53,965 nucleotides of DNA, taken from IMG/VR virus record IMGVR_UViG_3300043420_000786, positions 1 to 53,965 of that record. One strand, given 5' to 3'. Source of the stretch: a virus (taxonomy: Duplodnaviria > Caudoviricetes). The position numbers were made by a program, and so were the translations under genes. The notes under the pieces are model-generated. The model did not search any database. It saw only the letters and a program-made list of their open reading frames with translations, and was not told the DNA's origin. This document shows positions 1-8,857 of the stretch, one piece after another. Numbering within the stretch: the first letter of the stretch is position 1; the number at the start of each line of letters is the position of its first letter.

Positions 1-2
1 AT

Positions 3-1703
3 CCCAACACGGGTGGTGGTGGTGGTGGTGGCGGCGGCGACAGCGGCACTGGATCTGGTGGAGGAACCAACGGTGGGTCTGGTGCTGCATCTGTTGGTGG
101 AAGGGGTGGAGGGGGTTCTGGAGGAAGACCTAGACCTACTCGTCCAACAGTCTCTACAACTAATCCCGTTTCTCCTTCCAGACCTAGCAGCAGTTCTGGC
201 GGTGGCGGTGGAGGCGGTGGAGGCGGTGGAGGAGGTGGTGGAGGAGGCGGAGCGGGAGGTTCGGGAGGAGGAGGCGGCGGTTCTACCAGATGCGATCCTT
301 TTTCAAAAAAGAAAGAAACAAATAAAGGAAAAGGATGGTCTGAAAGTCCAACTCAATATGCAAAAATTAAAGGTAAGGACATAAAACCAAGAAAAGGTTG
401 CAGTGACTGTGAAGGTAGTGATGGAGTTGGAGATACGGAAGAAGAAAGATTTAAAGACTTAACAATCTATCCATACAATAAAGTAACAGAAACAGAATCT
501 GGTCATGTTTTAGAATTTGATGATACTCCAGGCAGTGAGAGAATTTCAACAAATCATAGAAGTGGAACTTTTGAAGAATACCATCCAAACGGCGATAAAG
601 TAGTAAAAATAGTAAGGGATAGTTATGTTTCTGTTCTTAGAGATGGTCATGTTCATGTTGATGGGTATTGCGATATAACTGTAGATAAAGCATTAAAAAT
701 CCGTATGAACACGGATGAAATGAAAACAAATGAAAACAATGCAGTAAATTTTGATATTCATGTAGGCAAGGGAGCAAATATAAACATTTATGTTGAGGAA
801 GGTCAACTAAATGTCCTTATGGATAAGGGTGACGCCAATGTTCAACTCAAAAAGGGAGACATAAATATGCGTCAAGATTGTGGTAATTTTAATCACTTCA
901 TCAACGGTGACTACAATCTAGAATGCACAGGACATATGCACACGGTAGTAGGTGGGGATATGGTAAATGAAATTGGCGGAAATAGAGATGTTAGAATTGA
1001 TGGTAATTTTGATAATTTGAATATGACAAAGAAAGATTCTGTACAAGAAACTCTCCTAGAAGGAAGCAGAAGAACAAAAATAAAACAAGATCTCCAAGAA
1101 CACATTCAAAAAGTAACGGAACGAGATTACGGAGATGTTGTTAGGGAAATTTATAGGGATGCCGCGGAAAGAACATATGAAGGTTCATATACTTCAGAAA
1201 TCCATAAGGCTTGGTCGGTTGGTGTTGGAAGCAAAATAAATCGCCCATCTGGTTCTCTTGAGTTGGGTGATTTGTCCATTTATGCTGGAAGATCGGTCAT
1301 TAGAACTGATTCTGACAATTATATTATATCTCAAGATGGTAATTCTGGTGTGCTTGGGTTTAGAACCGTCTTCATAGAAGCAGGAGTGGTGGACAATAAG
1401 AGAAATAAAGATGCAGTTATGAGAATTTTTTCAGAAAATTTGAGTTTTATTGGCGGGAAAAAAAATATGAACATTTTTTCTAGAGAAACTCTCCGTCTAT
1501 CGAGTCTCAAGGATATAACTTTGTTTGCTGCTGGTAAACTTTACAAAAATAGTGAGTTTGAAAATGGTGGTAGTTATGTTGGAGGGGAATTGGACGCAGC
1601 AGTTGGGGTGGGATTAGGTGTTGATCCAAGACTACCAGTTGATTTTATACAATGTCCGCCAGGAAAATGGACACCAACTAAACAAAATACTAAATGCAAA
1701 TAG
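3..1703 (+). CDS. gp5: Baseplate hub / spike protein gp5 (5'-truncated by window edge)
   Basis: Frame 3 is open from base 3 into the listed 705..1703 ORF. It reads poly-Gly linker, then YPYNKVTETESGHVLEFDDTPGSERI (hallmark gp5 motif), then VxG beta-helix repeats. Followed by gp25. Confidence 0.9.
   Translation, partial: PNTGGGGGGGGGDSGTGSGGGTNGGSGAASVGGRGGGGSGGRPRPTRPTVSTTNPVSPSRPSSSSGGGGGGGGGGGGGGGGGGAGGSGGGGGGSTRCDPFSKKKETNKGKGWSESPTQYAKIKGKDIKPRKGCSDCEGSDGVGDTEEERFKDLTIYPYNKVTETESGHVLEFDDTPGSERISTNHRSGTFEEYHPNGDKVVKIVRDSYVSVLRDGHVHVDGYCDITVDKALKIRMNTDEMKTNENNAVNFDIHVGKGANINIYVEEGQLNVLMDKGDANVQLKKGDINMRQDCGNFNHFINGDYNLECTGHMHTVVGGDMVNEIGGNRDVRIDGNFDNLNMTKKDSVQETLLEGSRRTKIKQDLQEHIQKVTERDYGDVVREIYRDAAERTYEGSYTSEIHKAWSVGVGSKINRPSGSLELGDLSIYAGRSVIRTDSDNYIISQDGNSGVLGFRTVFIEAGVVDNKRNKDAVMRIFSENLSFIGGKKNMNIFSRETLRLSSLKDITLFAAGKLYKNSEFENGGSYVGGELDAAVGVGLGVDPRLPVDFIQCPPGKWTPTKQNTKCK
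12..285 (+). repeat. GGN-rich low-complexity repeat encoding poly-Gly/Ser-Pro linker in gp5
   Basis: Runs of ggt/ggc/gga codons; translation GGGGGGGGGDSGTGSGGG...RPRPTRPT...SSSGGGGGGGG... Confidence 0.9.
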
Positions 1704-1711
1704 CATAAATA
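1704..1711 (+). promoter_or_regulatory. T4-type late promoter (CATAAATA)
   Basis: Matches the NATAAATA gp55-dependent consensus; 7 nt upstream of the gp25 ATG. Confidence 0.7.
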
Positions 1712-1718
1712 AAAAAGA

Positions 1719-2144
1719 ATGAACAAAAATCTAAAAATAACAGACATAGATTATTCTTTCAAGGCACATCCCGTGTCTGGAAATTTGATATTAAAAACAG
1801 GAAAAGAAGCAATAAAACAATCCGTAAGGACTTTATTGTTGATAAATTCTTTTGAAAAACCTTTTTTTGCAATGTCTGTGAATTTAAGAAATAAACTTTT
1901 TGATAATTTCGATTTTATCGTAGAAAACGACATCATACAAAGAATTAAAAAAATACTAGAAATACATGAGCCAAGAATAGTAGTTGAAGATGTTTCTATA
2001 AATTATGGTAAAACAAGAGAAACTATAGATGATGTTTTTATTGATACAAGAGAACAAGAATTGGTAGTTTCGGTAACTTACACAATAATAGGAGAGGAAG
2101 CATCTAGAGAGACAATATCTCTAGTTGTATCCAGAAGCAGATGA
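1719..2144 (+). CDS. gp25: Baseplate wedge subunit gp25
   Basis: DIDYSFKAHPVSG, AIKQSVRTLL, EKPF and HEPRI motifs; lies between gp5 and gp6. Confidence 0.9.
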   Translation: MNKNLKITDIDYSFKAHPVSGNLILKTGKEAIKQSVRTLLLINSFEKPFFAMSVNLRNKLFDNFDFIVENDIIQRIKKILEIHEPRIVVEDVSINYGKTRETIDDVFIDTREQELVVSVTYTIIGEEASRETISLVVSRSR

Positions 2145-3982
2145 AGACTAAAGACTTAAAAATAACAGATATAGAGTTTGATTTAATCAAACAAAATTTA
2201 AAAAATTTCTTGAAATCCCAACAGGAGTTCACTGGTTATAATTTTGAAGGTTCTGCTTTAAATATCATTCTCGATGTACTGGCATACAATACTTACTACC
2301 AAGCATTTTACAATAATATGACAGTAAACGAGATGTTCTTGGACAGTGCAACCAAGAGATCTTCTATAGTTTCCATAGCAAAACATTTTGCATATAGACC
2401 AAAAACAATAACATCTGCTAGGTGTGAAGTTCAAATAACTATTGATGCGGGTGAATACCCAACTAGCGGAACATTACCTAGAGGTACTAGAGTAAATGCT
2501 ATAAAAGATGGTTTTAGTTATATGTTCTTTCTACCAATAGATGCAAATCTTGTCCCTTCTTCGTACTATGAAAACGGAAATGTAAGAGAATACTCTACGG
2601 ATACAGTAACTTTAATAGAGGGTGTAGTTAGAAAATATTCTTTTGTTGCTGATTCTGGTGACAGCACTCAAAGATTTGTAATACCATATAAAAATGTCGA
2701 TGCTTCTACTTTAAAAGTACAAATACAAGCAAATTCTTCTTCTACAGAATTTGAAACTTTCTATGAAGCAACAAATATCACAGAAGTAACTGAAGAAAGT
2801 CTTGTTTATTACTTAGAAGAAAATTCTGATGGTTATCTTGAGTTACTTTTTGGAGATGGAGTTTTAGGTAAAAGACTAGAAAACGGTAATGTAATAAGAA
2901 TAGAAATAGTAGAATCAAGTGGTTCTGCTGCAAATGGTATTGGGATTGCAAACAGCACCAATGTTTTTGGCGGAGCAATTGGATATAGCACTACATCTAC
3001 TAGACTAATAGTTCCTTCTTCTGGTGGAACGGACAAAGAAAGTAAAGAATCAATTAGATTTAATGTCACCAGAAATTATGTTACCCAGAACAGAGCAGTC
3101 ACTAAAGAAGATTATAGAAATATAATTCTAAAAGATTTTAACAGTTTAGAAGATGTTATTTGTTGGGGTGGTGAAGAGAATGATCCTATCCAATATGGAA
3201 AGGTGTTTATTTCTGTAAAACCAAAAGAAGGTGTATTTCTTTCTTCAGATGAAAAAAGTAAAATAGTACAAACCCTTACGAGAACTAGAAATGTTGTTGG
3301 AGTATTGGTGGAGTTTGTAGATCCAGAAGTTCTTTATTTGAATCTTACTGTAAATGTAAAAATTGATCCGATCAATCTACCAGAAGGAACTAATCAAATT
3401 ATTTCGGATATAAGACAGTCTGTATATTCCTTTACAGAGGAATATTTGGATAAATTTGATAAAGATCTTTATTCTACAGAATTGAGCACTTCCATTCAAG
3501 AAGTAAATAATAACATAGTTAGCAATGAAGTTTTAGTTGTCTTAGAAAAAAGATTTGTACCTCTTTTCGATTTAAAATCGCATAATTATGTGCTAAAATT
3601 AAACAATAAATTGTATCATCCTGAAGATGGATACAAGAGTATATTGTCTACAAATCTATTTGGTTATTTTGACAAAAATGGGATTGATAGAGACTGTGAA
3701 CTAGATGAGGATGGTTATGGTAATATTCGTCTTTTCTATACTCTTAATGGAAACAAAATAATCATAAATTCCAAGATAGGTTCTATAGATTATGATAAAG
3801 GAATCATTTATTTGAACAAATTTAAACCAACATCTTTGATTGATCAAAAACCAATAAGTGTTTATTGCGTACCAAATGAATCGGATATAGTTGCAAAACA
3901 AAAAATGTTCTTAGTTCACGATTTTAATGATCCTTTGTCTTTGGTGATAAACCAAACACTAGTACCATATAAAAACAGATGA
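2141..3982 (+). CDS. gp6: Baseplate wedge subunit gp6
   Basis: FTGYNFEGSALNIILDVLAYNTYY, NEMFLDSA, FGDGVLGK, QNRAVTKEDY, WGGEEN..P..YGKVFIS. Confidence 0.95.
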   Translation: MKTKDLKITDIEFDLIKQNLKNFLKSQQEFTGYNFEGSALNIILDVLAYNTYYQAFYNNMTVNEMFLDSATKRSSIVSIAKHFAYRPKTITSARCEVQITIDAGEYPTSGTLPRGTRVNAIKDGFSYMFFLPIDANLVPSSYYENGNVREYSTDTVTLIEGVVRKYSFVADSGDSTQRFVIPYKNVDASTLKVQIQANSSSTEFETFYEATNITEVTEESLVYYLEENSDGYLELLFGDGVLGKRLENGNVIRIEIVESSGSAANGIGIANSTNVFGGAIGYSTTSTRLIVPSSGGTDKESKESIRFNVTRNYVTQNRAVTKEDYRNIILKDFNSLEDVICWGGEENDPIQYGKVFISVKPKEGVFLSSDEKSKIVQTLTRTRNVVGVLVEFVDPEVLYLNLTVNVKIDPINLPEGTNQIISDIRQSVYSFTEEYLDKFDKDLYSTELSTSIQEVNNNIVSNEVLVVLEKRFVPLFDLKSHNYVLKLNNKLYHPEDGYKSILSTNLFGYFDKNGIDRDCELDEDGYGNIRLFYTLNGNKIIINSKIGSIDYDKGIIYLNKFKPTSLIDQKPISVYCVPNESDIVAKQKMFLVHDFNDPLSLVINQTLVPYKNR

Positions 3983-5811
3983 TAACTTTAAGAAGTCCAC
4001 TTTCCAAATCTACTGTATACTCGGATAAAGTATATGTTGATTATTTGGTCGAAGAAAATTCAAAGTTTACAGATAAGATAGTTTTTATTCTCGATGGAGT
4101 GAAATACGAGAAACAAGATTTGTTTGGTTCCTTCGAAATACAAAATGTGGAATCGGGGAATCATCTTCTTCGTGCTTATTTGGTGAATAAATCTGGAAAG
4201 ATAATAGTAGGATCTGAAAAAAGAGTAAAGTTCAAGACGGATGATAATGTAATCTTTTTGAAGAATAAACTTTCAAATGTTATGTCTTCGCAGATTCCAT
4301 CATTCATAAAAGAAGAATATGATGTGTTTGTTTTGTTCTTGGAAAAATATTATCAGTTTCTAGAACAATCAAACAATCCAAATTATGTGCCCTTTTCTCA
4401 GTTTGATTTCTTTGATGTCGATCATACACCAGAAATACTGATTGAGAGATTTAGAAGAATATTCATACCTGATTTTCCACAAGAACTGACCACGGATAGA
4501 CAGACAGGTGAACCTCTTAATATAAGAAATTTGATAAAAAGAGCGATAGAATTCTATCAATCAAAAGGAACTGAAAAATCTTTAAACTTTTTGTTCAAGA
4601 TTCTTTATGATTCTGAGATAGAAATATTCTACCCAAGAACAGAAATATTTGTGGCTTCTGGTGGTCTTTGGTTGGAATCGAAATCAGTTAAACTTTTTGC
4701 TTTCGTTAACGAAGATAAGATAAGATCTTTGGTTGGTAAAAACATATATCAAAAGAACGAAAACGATATCAGAACAAATACAGCAAGAGTTTCTTCTTGC
4801 AATGTTTATATTCAGAGTCCATATAAAGTAGCAGAATTGTTTTTAGAAGAAGTGTATGGAGACTTTGTAGAAGGTAATATTTATTGCGATTTAGTATACG
4901 AGGACGCTTTTCAAACATTCTCCTTTCCATTAAAACGATCAATACAGACTATAAATTTGTCAAGTGGAGGATCAAATTATTCGGAAGGAGATGTTGTAGA
5001 ACTACTGCCGAATACCTCTTCCTCTGGTGTTGGGTATAAAGGTGTGGTATCTAAAGTCGATCCTATCACTGGATCTATTTTAAAAATAAAAACCATAAAC
5101 TTTGGAGTAAATTATGAAGAAACTCCAACTTCTTATACTTTATCCATAACAAGTTCTGGTGGATCGGGTGCTTCTGGTTCACCATTAACCACATTTATGT
5201 GTAAATATGATGGTTATTATAAGAACAGCAAAAGTCTTCTTGGTGCTAAAAACTTCTTGCAAGACAACTATTACTATCAAACACACTCCTATGAAATAAA
5301 AACTGATGTTTCTTACGATACATTTAAGGATCCAATAACAAGATTGGCGCATCCTGCTGGATACAAGATGTTTGGAAAACTTACATTAAGACCGTTGATC
5401 TTGACCAATCCTTCTACTTTAAACAATGTTGTCGCAACTAGAAGTAATTTTATTGGAAACTATTTGCCTTATCGAGTATCAACCAACTTGAATTTGAGAC
5501 AAGAGGGCAACGATCTGTTTCCAGAAGGATTCAATCCAGATCAACCTATTAGTTCACAAACAGGAGAAGATGAATTTGTTCACGATGTTGCTGGTTATCC
5601 TATAAAAACAAATATAAACAATGCAACTTACTCTTTGAGTAGGACATTACCAGATGTTTCAGACATCTATCAAAAAGGTAGTTATTGGGTGGTATTTCCT
5701 CATCCAAATTCTAATCTAAATACAAATGAAACGATAAGTTCATTTTTAGAATTAACTATTGAACAATTAGCAATAGAAAACACAGAAATACAAGTAGGGG
5801 ATGAGTTCTAA
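3979..5811 (+). CDS. gp7: Baseplate wedge protein, gp7-like, with an extra N-terminal Ig-like domain
   Basis: FLEKYYQFLE, FYQSKGTEKSLNFLFKILY and LQDNYYYQ..SY...HPAGYKMFG motifs of cyanophage-type gp7; lies between gp6 and gp8. Confidence 0.75.
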   Translation: MITLRSPLSKSTVYSDKVYVDYLVEENSKFTDKIVFILDGVKYEKQDLFGSFEIQNVESGNHLLRAYLVNKSGKIIVGSEKRVKFKTDDNVIFLKNKLSNVMSSQIPSFIKEEYDVFVLFLEKYYQFLEQSNNPNYVPFSQFDFFDVDHTPEILIERFRRIFIPDFPQELTTDRQTGEPLNIRNLIKRAIEFYQSKGTEKSLNFLFKILYDSEIEIFYPRTEIFVASGGLWLESKSVKLFAFVNEDKIRSLVGKNIYQKNENDIRTNTARVSSCNVYIQSPYKVAELFLEEVYGDFVEGNIYCDLVYEDAFQTFSFPLKRSIQTINLSSGGSNYSEGDVVELLPNTSSSGVGYKGVVSKVDPITGSILKIKTINFGVNYEETPTSYTLSITSSGGSGASGSPLTTFMCKYDGYYKNSKSLLGAKNFLQDNYYYQTHSYEIKTDVSYDTFKDPITRLAHPAGYKMFGKLTLRPLILTNPSTLNNVVATRSNFIGNYLPYRVSTNLNLRQEGNDLFPEGFNPDQPISSQTGEDEFVHDVAGYPIKTNINNATYSLSRTLPDVSDIYQKGSYWVVFPHPNSNLNTNETISSFLELTIEQLAIENTEIQVGDEF

Positions 5812-8800
5812 TGGCAGATACACTATCATATTCATTGAGGTCCACTTTTGCTAAAGAGTTCTTTCAAAGTTTGACCGATCCCATATCAAATGATGATTAT
5901 TATATGTTTTATGGGAGAGCCAAGCCTTGGAGCGGAAACACCACACCAACTACTGTTGATACCATAAAAGAACAAAATGAAGCAAAAAGAAATATTCTTT
6001 TTTATCAAAAAATAATATCATCTGATGTATCTTTGGTTGCACCAAGATATGATTGGACTTCAGGTATTGTTTACGATCAGTATGAGGATGATGTAGAACT
6101 TTGGAAACTAAGCAAAAAGTATTATGTTTTAGTTCAAGAAGGCGATGAATTTGGAGTGTTTATCTGTTTGTCTAATAATGGAGGATCGCCGTCCACCGCA
6201 TCTCCATCCTTACCGAACAACGGTTCAGCCGCAACTCAGGAAATAATAACTTCGGATGGATATGTTTGGAAATATCTTTATACCCTTACAGATGAAATGG
6301 AGAAATTTCTAACATCTACTTATATGCCAGTTGTGATTTTGGATAAAATATCTTATAACGATGCTCGTGCTTTGGCTCTAGCAGTCAAATTGGATGCAGA
6401 TAATGGAAGTATTCAAAAAATAACAATAAACACAACAGATGAATTTACTAATTTAGTAAATCCTGATTTTTCCGATAATTCTTATAGTGTAACAAGTTAT
6501 AACTCTCAAACACTAACAATGACAGCATCTGTTGGTTCTGCGATGTCTAGTGTTAATAATTTTTACAACACAAATTATGTTGTATTTTTTGAAAATGGTA
6601 AAATAGGAACAATAGATTCATATACAGTATCTAATGGTGTCGCTACAATTGTTTTGTGTGAAGTTTATCCTGATGACGCAACTGCAATTCAATCTGGTGA
6701 TGTTTTCTCGATATTACCTAAGATTAATATAAAAGGTAATGGCACTGGAGCAGTCGCCGTTCCTGTTTTTCAAAACAACATTCTGACAGATATTATTGTT
6801 ATGAATGGTGGACAGAATTATAATTTTGCAGAAACATTCTTTTTAATAAACACTAATGTTTCTCTGTCTGCTGTTATTCCCCCAGACGGAGGACATGGTT
6901 TTGATATTCTTGGAGAAATAAAACCAACAAGTATATTAATTTCTAAAGATGTTTCTTTCGCAGCAATACCAGACAATGAAGAAAAATATTTCGGAAACAG
7001 TTCATTCCTAAGACAAATAGGAATAGTGAAGAACATAGAAACTTCTAATGGAACAAACCCAAATAATCAAACAAACCAATATGATATGGTTTTAAAGTAT
7101 AATGGTTCCGTATCTGGTACTTCTTATGGTGGCACACCTACTGATTATACCTTACCTAATTGGGGATTTGCTTCAATTTATCTCTTAACTCCGAGTAGTA
7201 ATCCTGTAAATGAATTTAATCAACCAGTAAATATTGATGATTTTTATCAAATAGGAAATACTTATACTGGTAAATCGTTTTTTGTTCAAAATCAGAATAA
7301 TGAAGATTATATCGGTGTTCTTGTTGACAAAAAAATCAATTGGCCAAACAACGGTGACGCCGTTCTATACTTTGAGAGTAGTTCTAGTGCTATAGGATTT
7401 GATACTAACACTTTTATTACTAACCAGCAAACTGGTCAAAAAATTAAACACCAATCTACAATTTTTACAAAAAATATTTATGAATTTAGAGAAAATTTAG
7501 CACAAAGTAGTGATGTTTATTATCATGTTTCTAATTTTAGAAATGATGATGGTCAATATTTTAATTTTTATGAATTAACACCTGTTCCAGTAAATACACA
7601 GTTACCCAGTAATCAAATAACCCAAGCAACTGCTGCAAATTTTTTCACTGTTGGTGATGTAATACAATTTTTCGAAGACAGCACATCTACCACACCTTTA
7701 TTGCAGGCTACTATTTCTGAAATTATTGTGCCTGGTATTTTTGGTTATAGATCAGCATACTCTGCTAATCCAGGTGGGCAGGCAAATATGTCTACTACAC
7801 TAAAACTAACAAATATTGTTGGTGATTTGAGTGCAAAAACTAGATATGAATCATTGATTCAAGATAATATCACTTTGTATTGTGGTCACATTCAAAATTT
7901 ATCAAAAACAGACGAAGTATTTGAGTATGATGGTAGTACTATAGGAGCACCTACTGGTGAGTTTGTTAATCGTTCTTTGAATTTCGATTCTATCTTTAAT
8001 GCTTATTATTCTAGTCTTTTATTCAAAGACAAAGAACAAATATTAATAGAATCAGAATTTGATGTATCTAATTACCTGTTCCCAAATCCGCAATCAGCAC
8101 CCGCAACAGCACCCACACACATATTAGGAAACGATACTCTATCCACAGCAAAAATAGAATCTTTTTCGGTGGATCCTCTTGATCCTACTAAATTGAATTT
8201 AAAAATAACCTCCCCATCTGGCGATTATGAACCAGCAACAATAACAACAAATCAAGTAACCTCTGGTGAAAGTGTCACTCTTTTTAGAAGAACCCCCAGT
8301 AGTTTTACAAACACCGTGAATTTAGTAGAAGGAAACACACAAAATTTGTATGTTCTTTCTGAAAATTATGATGTTTCAGCACCAGCAAACATACCAGAAA
8401 CAATAATTTCTTCTGTAGTTTCTAAATATGTTCTTTCTAAAGATGGGAGTTTCGGTGAAATCGTCACCCCAGTTGGTAGTTATTTGTATAGGGAACCAAC
8501 AGAGACTAAAGATTCGGCGGCAGGATTCGTAATATCGCAAGATTTACCAGAGGGAACTACAACAAAAACAAAAAACATCTATGTTCAGATGGAAAAAGGA
8601 ACATTTGATGTAGGTGATATTTTAATATGTGTTTCTGATCCATTTGTAAAAAATGTGACTCTTTTTAATAATCAATGTGCCGGAAATACTGGTGTATCTC
8701 CAGTCACTGTTTCTGTGGCAGAACAAAAATACAACAATATCAATATTAACAAATACTCAGGAGAAGTGCTATACATACAAAATATAGATCCTGTGCAACT

Positions 8801-8846
8801 TTCGACAGATACAAATTTTACCACTAATATACTTTTGGGATTCTAA
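5811..8846 (+). CDS. gp8: Baseplate wedge subunit gp8 (enlarged, 1011 aa)
   Basis: YMFYGRAKPW, PRYDWTSG..YD.Y, DGYVWKYLY, PPDGGHG, RQIGIVKN and C-terminal SGEVLYIQN. Confidence 0.85.
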   Translation: MADTLSYSLRSTFAKEFFQSLTDPISNDDYYMFYGRAKPWSGNTTPTTVDTIKEQNEAKRNILFYQKIISSDVSLVAPRYDWTSGIVYDQYEDDVELWKLSKKYYVLVQEGDEFGVFICLSNNGGSPSTASPSLPNNGSAATQEIITSDGYVWKYLYTLTDEMEKFLTSTYMPVVILDKISYNDARALALAVKLDADNGSIQKITINTTDEFTNLVNPDFSDNSYSVTSYNSQTLTMTASVGSAMSSVNNFYNTNYVVFFENGKIGTIDSYTVSNGVATIVLCEVYPDDATAIQSGDVFSILPKINIKGNGTGAVAVPVFQNNILTDIIVMNGGQNYNFAETFFLINTNVSLSAVIPPDGGHGFDILGEIKPTSILISKDVSFAAIPDNEEKYFGNSSFLRQIGIVKNIETSNGTNPNNQTNQYDMVLKYNGSVSGTSYGGTPTDYTLPNWGFASIYLLTPSSNPVNEFNQPVNIDDFYQIGNTYTGKSFFVQNQNNEDYIGVLVDKKINWPNNGDAVLYFESSSSAIGFDTNTFITNQQTGQKIKHQSTIFTKNIYEFRENLAQSSDVYYHVSNFRNDDGQYFNFYELTPVPVNTQLPSNQITQATAANFFTVGDVIQFFEDSTSTTPLLQATISEIIVPGIFGYRSAYSANPGGQANMSTTLKLTNIVGDLSAKTRYESLIQDNITLYCGHIQNLSKTDEVFEYDGSTIGAPTGEFVNRSLNFDSIFNAYYSSLLFKDKEQILIESEFDVSNYLFPNPQSAPATAPTHILGNDTLSTAKIESFSVDPLDPTKLNLKITSPSGDYEPATITTNQVTSGESVTLFRRTPSSFTNTVNLVEGNTQNLYVLSENYDVSAPANIPETIISSVVSKYVLSKDGSFGEIVTPVGSYLYREPTETKDSAAGFVISQDLPEGTTTKTKNIYVQMEKGTFDVGDILICVSDPFVKNVTLFNNQCAGNTGVSPVTVSVAEQKYNNININKYSGEVLYIQNIDPVQLSTDTNFTTNILLGF

Positions 8847-8857
8847 TGGAGATATAG

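Noticed and set aside
13-384. 123-aa V/A/E-rich ORF from the track
   Set aside because: Off-frame reading of the gp5 poly-Gly codons; frame 3 carries the real gp5 motifs.
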